A stretch of DNA of 64,000 bases. Origin: Daphnia carinata (Eukaryota). The position numbers and the translations under genes are program-made. Location: the NCBI RefSeq assembly GCF_022539665.2, contig NC_081332.1, forward strand, positions 6,758,001-6,822,000, given 5' to 3'. Below the pieces are notes generated by a model, which worked only from the letters and a program-made list of their open reading frames with translations, did not search any database and was not told the origin of the DNA. The stretch's first letter is position 1; each line of letters opens with the position of its first letter. Below are positions 1 to 13,148 of the stretch, piece by piece.

Positions 1-59
1 TAGCAGACGACGACGAAATTAGATATTCGTCTGCAATTGTTATCGATTCCAGAGATGGG

Positions 60-235
60 TACACGTTAATTGTTTTATTTCTATTACCTTATATTTTATA
101 CTGTACATACTTTTGCCAAGTAGGTAGGATATTTAATTAATTTCGTTACTATAGATGTGTTTTCCTATGATGTATCGGTTTATTAATTTTACTATTTGTA
201 TTACAGAAACAAGGATGAATAAAATTATAAGAGTT
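60..235. repeat. ~170 bp segment present in inverted orientation at ~3160-3330
   Basis: ttgttttatttctattaccttatattttata...catacttttgccaagtaggtaggatatttaattaat...tactatttgtattacagaaa matches the reverse complement of ~3185-3320 with scattered mismatches. Confidence 0.85.
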
Positions 236-745
236 TATGTGCTGATGCCAGAGGTAAATCTATCAAGTTTTTATTTACTTAAATTTACTAATCTTTTTGT
301 TATTCAAGGCACTAAGGTATGATGTAGCAATCGAAACCATTCCTTATAATGTTGCTGCCATACGTCATCCAAGACATTGTATAGTATACATCAACACTTA
401 GTCTCTGTTATTAAGAAATGTGGAAATGGAGGATAAGGTAAGACCAAGGAAGAATTCCTGTTAAGCATATTAAATAATTAATGAACATAACCTTTTGTCA
501 CTCGCAGCACAAACTCATGATTCCATTGTTGACTCAAAACCAACAGCCCCACTTGTCTCGAGGTCCCAATGTGCATATCCAGGGAAAGGTAATGCTCACA
601 GCAATCTTTCAAATAATGTTATGAAATTAATGAATATATAATATTTCTATTAATAGCATGTTATACAGTACATACTTAAAAACTGTCTGGTAGTATTAAT
701 TGTCTAAGAGTTTGTAATTCCTTTTTTTTTAGCGAAGGGGATATT

Positions 746-2410
746 AATCAACGTGCTGGTCGAGCTGGTCGAGCTGGTCGTACCGGCCCGGGACATTGTT
801 ACCGACTCTATTCTTTTGACGTCTTTAATGACGAGTTTGAAAAATTTTCCTTGCCAGATATCGCGCGAAGGTATTATTATTATAGATTTGGCTACTGTCA
901 AGGGAAGTATAACAAAGTTTTATTCCAGACCCATCGACGACTTAGTTCTGCAAATGAAATCAATGGACATTGAAAAAGTTATTCACTTTCCTTTCCCCAC
1001 ACCACCTGATATTTATCAGTTATATGCAGCTGAGCGTCGGCTATTATTGCTAAATGCACTGGAACCGCCGCCACGCAGCGTAGGACTCAAACGTAAGATT
1101 CGTACTGTTTTTCAATTACATTTTAAAATATTGAAAATTCATTTTAGCATTTACAGAAAGCCAAGAATGGACGTCAAAAATCACTCCACTTGGCAGAGCC
1201 ATGGCAGCTTATCCATTAGCACCGCGCTTTGCAAAGATGTTATTATTAAGCCAACAAAATGACCTACTTCAGCTGAGCATTACTCTGGTGGCTGCCCTAT
1301 CAGTACAAGAACTTGTGCTGGATCAGCCAGCCGATTCTGTAGCAGGCGATACTCACAGAAGGTGGCTTGGTCAACGTCGATCCTGGGCTGGAACGGGACA
1401 GTCCCTACTTTTAGGAGACCCCATGGTACTCCTGCGTGCTGTTGGCGCCGCCGAGTACTCGGGTGATATTGAAGCGTTTTGTTCCACGAACGGGATACGT
1501 AGCAAAGCTCTTCGTGAAGTCCGAAAACTGCGGGTCTAGCTGACAAACGAAACGAACTTGATTTTACCATCGGGCACTGCATCGATTGTGGTTGACCCTC
1601 GCATGGCGCCCCCCTACTGAATTGCAAGCCAAACTTTTGCGTCAGATTCTGATGGCTGGACTTCCCGATCACGTGGCTAAGCGAATACCTCCAAATGAAA
1701 TCAAGGAAACCGAAGACTGTAGAAAGTACAAATACGCTTATCGCTGCCCAGAAATGGAAGATCCTGTCTTCCTGAACCCATCGAGTATCTTGCGCTATTC
1801 GCACCCCGAATGGATCATTTATCAGGACATTTATGAACATGCCAACAAAATCTATTTGCGTGGTATTACGGCCATCAAACCCGAATGGCTGACTATATTC
1901 AGTCCTACACAGTGCACCTTCTCTGCCCCCTTGGAGCTTCCTGCCCCTCGTTATGATTCAGACCAGGGCCGTGTAATGTGTCACATGAATGTTACATTTG
2001 GGAGAAGTGGTTGGCCTCTGCCTGTAATGGAGCTTGAATATCCAGCTGGTATCGACCGGTTCAAGTTTTTCGCCCAGTTTTTCCTTAATGGAGAGGTTTG
2101 TCGTCCTCTAGCAAAGTACGTATTGGCTCTAGTTTTGTTCATATTTTCCAGCCGTACTAAATAAGTAATTTTGTTATGTAGATACACGGCAGCTCTGCTG
2201 TCAACTCCATCAACAATGGTCAAGACATGGGTGAAACTCCAGCCCAAGACACAAGTGTTACTTCAACAACTGACAATTGGTAATCTCGATAGCTTAGATT
2301 CGCTTCTTGCCGCTTGGCAAAAAGATAAATTCTATCTCCTGGGGGCCTATAAAGCCTGGGTACCTGAATCACTTCATGAAGAAATCAATACCCTTTGGCC
2401 TCCTGTGTAA
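746..2410 (+). pseudogene. DHX37: 5'-truncated, intron-retaining pseudogene of DEAH-box RNA helicase DHX37/kurz (motif VI, HA2, OB-fold, C-terminus)
   Basis: [23 protein letters not shown] (motif VI), [48 protein letters not shown]; introns 871-928, 1093-~1147/1156 and ~2118-2181; in-frame TAG at 1537-1539, +1 frameshift in the C-run at ~1609-1614; no helicase N-terminal exons upstream in the window. Confidence 0.85.
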
Positions 2411-3337
2411 TTGACTGTAAAATATATTGACCTCTTCATTGCGTAAGTAAACTTCTATCGTGAAATCCAAGTTCTTGAGTTTAGCGATAACTTAATATTT
2501 TAATCTCTCTTAGCATGAAAAGTTAGCAGGGTTTCCAATTGAAAATCATCTCATTTTTATTGAAAACACACCTAAAATCAACCTACGGGAAGAATAATCT
2601 CTGCTCTGCCTTGACGCGCTTTTCTTTTTTCTCCTTGATTGGATTTTTCTTGCATTCATTATAAATATTACGAAAAATCAATACATTTGCGTCTGAATGA
2701 AAGTCTCTTTGGTCTCTATGGCACTTCGGCATGCAGTTTTTTGGAAAAAAAGTTAACAACAACAAAACAAATAGACGAAGTTAGTTTTCCTAAACAATGT
2801 AATTCTTTGTTACAATAGTTAAATATACAATAATGAACGATCAATTGATTATTCTGGGTTTGTGACATGGCTTACGATTACAATTCAATATGAATAAAAA
2901 CAATACCTGAAACTTACAGCATTTATCCTCTGTGGATTATCAGGAGATGCAATAATGCCATATGTGGCATTAGCTTTTAACTTTCCCCAATCGTGTCAAG
3001 TTGCAGCTCTCATTACAACACTGTCTTGTTCTACATAGGACTTCAGGTGCGCGAGACATGCTTTCGATTTCACGTAATTTTGCACTAATTCGTAAATAAC
3101 ACCTTGGTTTCGGTCAAACGCCATGGCCAAAAAGTAAACAATACAATTGCAAGTGGGGCTAAACTAATAGTTTTATTAATACTTTTTTCTGTAATACAAA
3201 TAGTACAATTTATAAACAGATACAGCATAGAAAAACATCTCTATAATAATAACATTAATTAAATATCCTACCTACTTGGCAAAAGTATGTATAAAATATA
3301 AGGTAATAGAAATAAAACAATCAACATGTAACTGTAT

Positions 3338-4069
3338 CAGAGTCATAGAAACCTGGTTGCTCTACGCTGTGTGTAAATGCTACAAGGGTTTGTGGTGACT
3401 TGTGGTCCTTTTCTGGCAGTTAAATAGCGAACCTAGCGGTTTTGGTGGAGTACTACAAGGTACCCAACCAATGAGCTAAGTCCTGCCAAAATTTTGACAG
3501 CCAATCATAGCAGACCCGCCAAACGAGGGGGAAGTACTTAGTACTTTACTCCAGCGGTTTGTACTTAGAGTAGTCGGATGGCTAAGTCAAGCGTGTCATT
3601 CAAGCATGGCCTACTGTAATAACGGCCTGTCAGCGCGCAATACTTCTTGCGCAAATAAGTTAATTGTTAGAGGCTTAATAGATATAATACTAATATAAAA
3701 TTACGCAATATAAAATTTTAATACAGAATTGCAATGAGTGGAAAAACAGTAGAAAGTGGAACCTAGCGCAGCGCGTGGCCAGCATACGTTAGGAAATGGA
3801 AAAAAGAAAATGCAGCGGCTAGATTCGAACTCGGGTCTCCCGCACTGCAATCGGAGGTGCTATCCACTAGGCCTTTCAACTGATGATTTGTATGTCGTTT
3901 TCTTATGGTTTTCCTTTAAGATGTTAGGATATCTCTAATTCTAGTCAACAGATGGCTCTTTGTCGCTGCCAGCTCCGCCCACAAAATCGGTGAAATCGGG
4001 ACCACAAGTCACCACAAACCCTTGTAGCATCTACACACAGCGTAGAGCAACCAGGTTTCTATGACTCTG
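3338..4069. mobile_element. Non-autonomous MITE, probably P-element superfamily
   Basis: ~70 bp near-perfect TIRs (CAGAGTCATAGAAACCTGGTTGCTCTACGCTGTGTG...) and an exact 7-bp TSD ACTGTAT at 3331-3337 and 4070-4076. Confidence 0.9.
3811..3884 (-). ncRNA. tRNA-derived (pseudo-tRNA/SINE-head-like) Pol III unit inside the MITE, GCA anticodon
   Basis: minus strand cagttgaaAGGCCTAGTGGatagcacc-tccga-TTGCAGT-gcggg-agac-ccGAGTTCGAATCtagccgctgca followed by TTTTCTTTTT; A box, B box and terminator present, acceptor and T stems degenerate. Confidence 0.6.
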
Positions 4070-5398
4070 ACTGTATGGAGAGTCCATTTGTCGCTAGATC
4101 GGGATTCCGTTTGACGTATACAATACTAATCATCAATAAAAAAAAAGTCCTAATGTCGATGGCACGGGAGTCCTCTTGTCGGAAAGTGTAGCGCTCGTTG
4201 GGTTCAGCAACAATATATTGTTGCGCCCAAATGTCGGGGACCACTAGTCCAAACGTCGGTGAACAGATGTCCTTTCGTCGGGTACCAGATGTCCAAGTGT
4301 CGGAAACCTGCAACCAAAAGTCGGAAACCCTGGAGTCCTTTTTGTAACTCGCCCAAAAGACTCTGTCCCGTCTATCGCACCACAAGGTGAGCCAAAATTC
4401 TATTTCAAATAAATGTAATATAGGTTATTTCTTCAAAGTTAGTAAGCCAGGAAAAGAAGAATAAAAAGTACTGAAGGAATTTAGTGCCATCCTTGGCTCT
4501 ATGATGAAAATTAAGATATCTCGTTCCATTTGTCAAAAAAAATGTCGATATTACATTTTTTTTCATGTGTCATATTTTCATTTAGATTACAGTTATGTAT
4601 TTTTAATTTGATGATCAAATTTGCTGAAATCTAAAGTTTAAGTATGTTTCCTTTTATTATCCAACATTTATTCCTTGTCGAGCTTCTCTCTTTTTGATTA
4701 ATGAAAACTCCTTAAAATTTCACACTGGCAGAACAGGCGATCAGCTTTTCAGAGATGAATCGTAATAATAAAAAAGTCGATTTACAATGCCAGATTATTT
4801 TATTTTTGAAAGATAAATGTTCATCTTTGCCATTTTTCACGTTTAGAATTCCACAGTGAAAAACGAAAAAATTATGCTGATCAACAGCACCCTCCATTGT
4901 TCGGGATTTTTTTTCAATTACCTTTATGAAATAACGAGATTTTGCATGAAATTACGCCATTCTCCAATCATTTTTATTTTACGAAATGCCACATGGCAAC
5001 ACCGTATTGGCAAAAGTCTGATTACTTGGATCGCAGTCTTTACTCAGTACTTCGTCGTCTTTGGTAAAAGTGGCAGAGAATCGACATCATCTTGACGATC
5101 TGGTGTTACGCAAACTCGCTGATTGTGCTGTAATGCAAGTGGTGCATCAAGTACAGTTATCAGCCTAGCAACAGGCAGTAAATCACATTTCTTGAATTAA
5201 TCAAACATCCGTGTTTACGTCAACCTATTTGATGCAGCAACAAAATACATCGAACGCCATCTTGTATTCGTTTTGTCTTTTACTATGTTGCAAACTCGCT
5301 CTACAATTGGCACATCTTATTCAAACCGTTATTATGCAAAACAATAATGGAAAACGTTGAAGGTACGGGAAAAGATGAACAGCTTAATGAACTACAGT

Positions 5399-7092
5399 TT
5401 AAGAGCAATTTAAGGCCATAGCCTCCAGAATCAGTTTAAGAATTCGATCGGACAGAGCCGGACTGTCACTCAGTACATACGTCGCCATCATGTTCTTGTA
5501 AGTTTCCTCCATTTCGAGGCTCATTCCACTTTCGCCCTTAACTGGTTCCACATCCATCTCTTCGTTCACTAAAAGGCCAACAACACAATGAAGACGATTA
5601 TAAAGAGCACTAATACCCAAACGGAAATCAATTTTCACCTGGTTTTGGCTCTTTTAGTTGTTCGTCTGCATCCATATCTTGTAAACTGGTCACAACCTTC
5701 TTATTTTGGGTCATGGAAACGATCATGACGCCTATCAACATCCACATTAACGACCTTTTCTTGTAATCCTCTAGAAAGTGTTGCCAGCTGTAGTTGTCCA
5801 ACGAAATGCCGAGCAACCTCAGATCAGTCATCAACGTATCAAAATAATAACGAAGTAATACGAGCATGTAACGTTCTCTCAACTCCGGCATTGTACTCGT
5901 GTACATGAAGTAAAGGACGTCACTGAGTGGGTGGCCGATCCTCGATAGTTGAAAATCGAGCATTCTCAGTGAAACAGGAATGTCTGCTGGTGCATTCTCG
6001 CTATTTCCATCTTCAGGGCGATCCGACTGCTCTGCGTATTTGAACAGCATATTGTTGTTCCAGAAATCCCCATGAAGAATGCAAGCCAATGGACCGCTGC
6101 TCTCCAGATTGTCGACTAAAACGATTTCTGGCATTCGTTGCTGTATGTCTGACAACCATTCAACTACCTGGTAATGATTGTTAATCAATGAATTTGAACG
6201 AAAAGTCTAAAGCTATTGAAAGCGTTCGTGCCCATTAGGTATGGCAAGAATACTTCACAGCATACTCACATCAGGTCTGTCTATTTCTTTGGCGAAATTG
6301 ACGATGGAGATGGAAAAGTCTTGAAGGATTTTGATGATTCCTACGTCATACATGGATTTCTCTTCCAGAATGAATTTCGCCACAGGTGGCATATTGGACA
6401 ATTCTCCCGTGGACGGATCTTTCCATTTTCTCACAGCGTTCAGAGTCAAGGCGTGATAATGAGCCAATGACGTCAATGCCATGTGACAGTGGCGATAATC
6501 GGCACCTCGTATTTTATCCGCCATACGATAATTCTCTGATTTGAGGTCCTCCAGTAAAATGCAAGTACCCGATCCGTCCGTCTCGCCCTTGACAACCTCT
6601 TCCAGATGGGTGTAGTAACAGTCTGGAACATCTAAGGGAATCGGCTGGTCGGCATGCAGTTCTCGCAGGAGCGCAAAGAAGTGGTGGTACATGTTGATCT
6701 CACGGTGATGAACGCGAGATTCGTAAGCCGATTTACGAAGCAAGAAATTAGATGGCAGCACCTGTTGAACGTTGAACAGTTTCAAACTCGTTAGAAGTGA
6801 ATAGGGAAATCGATACCTTAATGAAAGTACTCAAGACGTCGATTGGATCTTCGTGTTGGCCTTGCAATAGCCGGGCAGTTACAATGAACGTGTCGCTCTG
6901 GAAATTGTCACCTAAATTTGAACCAGAATGAGCCACGACGTGCACTTTTCCGTACTGGGGTATGTCATCGTAGGTGACGCCATCAATGTGATCCGTCGCC
7001 AAGGAGGCCAGCTGGGCAGCCAATTTTTTGGTTTCAAAAAGTACTTTCCAAAAATGCTGTCGATCACTTAGACTCTTGATTTTTCCATTCAT
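5399..7092 (-). CDS. Ecdysteroid kinase-like (EcKL/CHK kinase-like) protein 1, 4 coding exons
   Basis: exons 7092-6817, 6761-6270, 6167-5639, 5568-5399 join in frame; Brenner motif HGDFWNNNMLF, LDFQ, LAHYHA, GHPLSDVLYFMY. Confidence 0.9.
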
Positions 7093-7496
7093 TTTTAACC
7101 TAATTAGAAATTATTGTCACCTGATGTGACTGCTCTTAATTGCGCAATTCATATTAGAAAAAAAACTGTACTGAACATGAAATGGCTTACAAAAAAAATG
7201 TAAAGCTGTAACGATTATCAATTGGGAAGTTAAAGATGAAATTGATTCTGCGCTGCTCGATGTGTTGTCCGGAATGATCCTAATACATCAGTGAAACAGA
7301 AATGCTGACCACACACACGGACATTATCAATTGAACAACGTTGTTGGTGTATCCCGACTTGTACGTTGGTTTCTTATCTCTCTGAATGCTCGAGCACGAT
7401 CGAAAGTAGAACAGAATGACTTGCAAATCAATGCATTCCATGCAAGTTCAACATACAAACCAATTGTTTTTTTATTTTTTCGGATGGCACGTGGTA

Positions 7497-7610
7497 AATC
7501 ATTTTAAAGACAATTGATTCAGAATTGGGTTTGCCATCGTATGCGTATTCGAACAGCATGTTGTTGATCCGGTAATCGTCGTGCAAGATGCACGCTAGTG
7601 GTCCACTACT
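7497..7610 (-). pseudogene. Isolated EcKL catalytic-exon fragment (EcKL2-like)
   Basis: aligns with 14336-14449 (SSGPLACILH..NNMLF..DGKPNS); HGD mutated to HDD; no flanking exons. Confidence 0.8.
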
Positions 7611-7685
7611 CCGTTAATTACTCCTTTTTGATCAACATCACATAAACCATCGGTTCTCATCTGTCCGAATGCTAAAATGCAGAAA

Positions 7686-8920
7686 TCTCGTTGCCCACAC
7701 TCAGAGAAAACCATTCCTCCTACTTTTCGTCGGGCACGTGTACCAATTTCGTTGATTGATCATGTAAGAATCGATACAACCATTGGAAGAGCATTTTCGT
7801 TTTGATGTGCGTTATTACCAAATGTTAAAAAAATTCGTTGTTTAGAATTAATTCGCTTAAATATGTGTACTACTAAACAGGAAAAATTTATAATATCGCA
7901 TAAATAATATGGAAAAACATATTTGCATTTCATTTCACCATGTTTATAACACACCCGCCTTCTCACCATTGGCGCTAGAAGTAAGGGAAATAAAAGCAAT
8001 GCTGGCTTGATCGGGGACAAAAGGGTATAGAACAGGAGAGTGGTTCTCCCATCAATAGAACAATAACTCAATGATAGTTCAATGAACCTGGTAAGTTTTA
8101 TTATCTTTAACATTAAATTGCCTGTTTCCTTTTCAACTCGGGGAGAGTTCTCTGTAATCCATGTTTTCCTTTCGTCTATTATTTATCATCTTTGTCTTTT
8201 TGAATTTTCCGAATTCTTGCTAATGAGACCTTACAGTGTCCTTGTAAAGTTTCTCTCCCACCCTCCCTCGCAACAAACGGCGGGTATACGTTCCGCGCGC
8301 CACCACCGGAAAGACTGAGCATGTCTACCTGGCCTAAAGTAGGCATCGGTGCTTTTCGCTTTAGTCTGTGGTCTGGTGGAGTGCCACAGTGTGTAGTAGT
8401 GAATTTGTGTCCCATGGACGTGCACCTTTTTCTTTTTGCTTCTTCGCCAGTGTGTGAGAGCGTTGCCACCCTTTTTTTGCAGGACATAAAAGCAGGTAAG
8501 AACATTTGTCATACAATCAATGACGTAAACTTGTTTAGAAAATTCCATTGACACGAAAGCAAAATGTTACATTTATGTGGTAAATACAGTCGCATCTAAG
8601 GCCTGGATCATGCGACTAGGCTTGCACGCTGGTCGATTTCAATATTTTTCGATTCATGGCCGTCATAAGAAACTTGGACATTTTGGATCAATATTGCTTG
8701 CAATATATGCCTTTTGAAACGGGGAATGTTTTAGAAATAAAGAGTCACCTGCAAAGTATTTGTTATCCTCTAATAATGAGCTAAATGTTACAGTGCCGTT
8801 CTCTTTCACTAAATGATGATTTTTTTTATTTGTTTCTTTTTTGCTTAGTTTGTTGCTGAATGAAGCAAGTCCTGGTGATGAAACTGGCAAACTTGGTTTT
8901 GAAACCGGCCATCGGTTTAA
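7686..8920. repeat. Segment duplicated at ~20175-21676 (part of the tandem cassette); no intact ORF conserved between copies
   Basis: colinear similarity from tctcgttgc.cacact.agagaaaaccattcctcctac to ggcaaacttggtttt..a.ccggccat; copy 2 has a ~270 bp insertion at ~20755-21027. Confidence 0.85.
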
Positions 8921-9716
8921 ACCCTGGAAACATCGTCATACTACAAGCTGATTGTCCATCAGTGGTGGAATGTTTACACGTCAATTCACGATGGACCACA
9001 AGTCAGCTCATTGGTGACCACGCTGCAATCATCAAAACTCCGGGCGTAAAGCGGAAAGCGTCTAAATATCAAATGTGTGTGGTGTCCAGCAGATTACCTA
9101 CTTTCGATGAAGATCACGTGGTGCATTTCTAGGTTAGTTTTTGTATTCGGGTTTTACATTTTACAAAACTTAAGAGCTGTGCGCGCCTGTTAGATTGTGT
9201 GGAGGATCGAATTAACTGTTTTGATTGGTATGTGATTTCCTCGGAATTTGACAAACAAATATTTTAGGTGAAAGTAAATTAAGTAAATGGATTAACGACA
9301 AAGTTGAGTCGATTTCAGGATGCCGCCATTGCATACCGTTTGACTTTGTGCTGTTGATGTAGAACTGGGTCGCCCTTTATTCCCGTATAGTTAGCACACA
9401 ATTACTCGACTGATGCCTCATGTTTCTCCTAAAGTGAGTTTTCCAACGATAGCAGAGTTGTGTTAGCGGACGTGTGGTCGTTCGTTTTGCAGTTGGCCCA
9501 GAAAACGTAGATTGTTTTTTCGCAGACAAGTTTCGTTACGTTTCCTCAAACTCTTTTATTCACTTGTGTTACAAGGTTCGTTTTCTGCATACTCCAGCTG
9601 ATGTGGTGCGTCGCACTGTCTATTCTAACTATTATAAACCGTATTTTGCCGAGAGTCTCGTCTGTTGCAACGCAGCCTTTTTTTGCCTGTTTATCTTGCG
9701 AAAAGCTTTAATATCG

Positions 9717-12700
9717 TTATAATTGCACCTCATCCGGTTTAAGGATTTCGTCTACGTTGCACTTTGTAAGATTTGGATTGCGCCGGCTCAAATCGAGTGC
9801 ATCTGATCCACCGTTATCCTTTGCGTCCTTGTAAATGCCGAGTTTGATCAAGAGTTTAATAGCATCAATTATGTGTGGGCTTGAATTGTATAGACACAAA
9901 AGATGAAGCGCATTCGATCCAGCCTTAGTTATTGCGTTTTTGTCGATGCCGAGTTCGATCAAGAGTTTAATCGCATCGATTAAATGTGGACTTGAATTGT
10001 TAGAACACAAAAGATGAAGCGCATTCATTCCATCGTTGGTTTTTGCGTTTTTGTCGATGCCGAGTTCGATCAAGAGTTTAATCGCATCGATTAAGTGTGG
10101 GCTTGAATTGTTAGAACACAAAAGATGAAGCGCATTCCATCCAGCGTTGATTTTTGCGTCCTTGTCGATGCCGAGTTCGATCAAGAGTTTAATCGCATCG
10201 ATTAAGTGTGGGCTTGAATTGTTAGAACACAAAAGATGAAGCGCATTCCATCCCTTGTCCTCCTTTGCGTCCTTGTCGATGCCGAGTTCGATCAAGAGTT
10301 TAATCGCATCGGTTAAGTGTAGGCTTGAATTGTTAGAACACAAACCATGAAGCGCATTCCATCCAGCGTTGATTTTTGCGTCCTTGTCGATGCCGAGTTC
10401 GATCAAGAGTTTAATCGCATCGATTAAGTGTGGGCTTGAATTGTTAGAACACAAAAGATGAAGCGCATTCATTCCATCGTTGGTTTTTGCGTTTTTGTCG
10501 ATGCCGAGTTCGATCAAGAGTTTAATCGCATCGATTAAGTGTGGGCTTGAACTGTATCGACACAAAAGATGAAGCGCATTCGATCCAGCCTTAATTATTG
10601 CGGTTTTGTCGATGCCGAGTTCGATCAAGAGTTTAATCGCATCGATTAAGTGTGGGCTTGAATTTTTAGAACACAAAAGATGAAGCGCATTCCATCCATC
10701 GTTGGTTTTTGCGTTTTTGTCGATGCCGAGTTCGATCAAGAGTTTAATCGCATCGATTAAATGTGGACTTGAATTGTTAGAACACAAAAGATGAAGCGCA
10801 TTGATTCCATCGTTGGTTTTTGCGTTTTTGTCGATGCCGAGTTCGATCAAGAGTTTAATCACATCGATTAAGTGTGGGCTTGAATTGTTAGAACACAAAA
10901 GATGAAGCGCATTCCATCCAGCGTTGATTTTTGCGTCCTTGTCGATGCCGAGTTCGATCAAGAGTTTAATCGCATCGATTAAGTGTGGGCTTGAATTGTT
11001 AGAACACAAAAGATGAAGCGCATTCCATCCAGCGTTGATTTTTGCGTCCTTGTCGATGCCGAGTTCGATCAAGAGTTTAATCGCATCGATTAAGTGTGGG
11101 CTTGAATTGTTAGAACACAAAAGATGAAGCGCATTCATTCCATCGTTGGTTTTTGCGTTTTTGTCGATGCCGAGTTCGATCAAGAGTTTAATCGCATCGA
11201 TTAAGTGTGGGCTTGAATTTTTAGAACACAAAGGATGAAGCGCATTCCATCCATCGTTGGTTTTTGCGTTTTTGTCGATGCCGAGTTCGATCAAGAGTTT
11301 AATCGCATCGATTAAATGTGGACTTGAATTGTTAGAACACAAAAGATGAAGCGCATTGATTCCATCGTTGGTTTTTGCGTTTTTGTCGATGCCGAGTTCG
11401 ATCAAGAGTTTAATCACATCGATTAAGTGTGGGCTTGAATTGTTAGAACACAAAAGATGAAGCGCATTCCATCCAGCGTTGATTTTTGCGTCCTTGTCGA
11501 TGCCGAGTTCGATCAAGAGTTTAATCGCATCGATTAAGTGTGGGCTTGAACTGCATCGACACAAAAGATGAAGCGCATTCGATCCAGCCTTAGTTATTGC
11601 GGTTTTGTCGATGCCGAGTTCGATCAAGAGTTTAATCGCATCGATTAAGTGTGGGCTTGAATTGTTAGAACACAAAAGATGAAGTGCATTGGATCCATTG
11701 TTGTTCTTTGCGTCCTTGTCGATGCCGAGTTCGATCAAGAGTTTAATCGCATCGGTTAAGTGTAGGCTTGAATTGTTACAACACAAAAAAAGAAGCGCAT
11801 TCCATCCATCCTTCTCCTTTGCGTCCTTGTCGATGCCGAGTTCGATCAAGAGTTTAATCTCATCGATTAAATGTTGGCTTGAATTATATCTACACAAAAG
11901 ATGAAGCGCATTACTTCCATTGTTGTCCTTTGCGTTTATGTCGATGCCAAATTGCATTAAAAATTTGATGTCATTTCTAATACGTTTTGAATTTGCGAAT
12001 GGCCAAGGTAATATGTTATTATCTGGTGTTCGAGGTTGTGCACACAACCGAAGCAGTTTTTCTTCTTCTTCGGTAAGCTAAATGGAATACATTTGTTAGA
12101 GAACCCAAATTTCATTGACGAAGAAGGTAGTAAACGTGTGTGATTACTTTGATTTTTATGGTTTGAAGTTGAATAACAACTTTTTCGCATGTAATTCTTT
12201 CATCGGGTTTCTTGATCAGCATTTGTTCAAATAAGTTACGGGCGAAATGCTTCTTGTGAATTTCTATTTTTTTAAATTTTAATGTTTAATTAATATGCTT
12301 ATGTTATATGATCTACCTGAAGAGGTCACCTACCACTCATATTGACTGGATTGTTCTGCTCCATGTTCGCAGCAATAGCACATTGACTTTCACCGTAGAT
12401 ATGTCTTCCTTTTAGGAGAATATAACCAAAGACGAGGCCTAATGCGTAAACGTCGCTTGTGTAGGAGCCTTTAGTTTTCTCATTACGTAGGTCTCTGCCT
12501 ATATTTTCCATCTCTTCAGGAGAGAACCAAAGTAGAGTCCCTCTGACTGCACTCATTATGAATGTTCCCCTTTCACTCACTTCTCGTGACAATCCAAAGT
12601 CAGCCCACTTGATCTTTATGTTTTTACCTTTATCAGTATGTTTCACTGATATGAGGATGTTTTCCGGTTTAATGTCCCGATGGATTAGTTTCTTCGAATG

Positions 12701-13148
12701 AATGTATTGGAGACCAGTGGCTAATTGGGAGAAAATCTCAAAATTATTTGGTAATGCAGGTCCTTTATATTTCGGGTTATCTTTCCCATTTAGGAACACC
12801 TGATCCAGTGATGCATCGCACAATTCCAAAGCAAAGTAACTGAATCGCAGAAATCATAGGGAAATTCTCTTTTAAAATCAAAGTTATTACGTAATAATCT
12901 TACTTGAAGTCTTTATCCTTTGTGAAGTAGAAAAGTTTTACTACATTGGGATGGTTGTCTAACTGCAGCAGAATATTTAACTCACGTTCAACTTCCTGCA
13001 ATATTCCATGTCTTATCCAAATTTTTTTTATTGCTACACTTTGACCTTTATATGTACCACGATAAACTGAACCGAAGCCACCGCTACCCAATTCCTCTTT
13101 GCGATAGAATTGGATATCACCTACAGTATCGGGAGTAGTCGATGACAT
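9717..13148 (-). CDS. IRE1-like Ser/Thr kinase fused to 19 tandem 37-aa ankyrin repeats (copy 1, ~1075 aa)
   Basis: exons 13148-12904, 12839-12334, 12263-12148, 12077-9717 join in frame; GSGGFG, VAIKK, YFALELCDASL, HRDIKPENILIS, DFGLSR, WFSPE; then repeats of GWNALHLLCSNNSSPHLIDAIKLLIELGIDKDAKINA. Confidence 0.88.
9810..11918 (-). repeat. Coding tandem array, 111-bp unit, 19 copies
   Basis: near-invariant core gtcgatgccgagttcgatcaagagtttaatcgcatcgattaagtgtgggcttgaa recurring every 111 bp. Confidence 0.95.
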
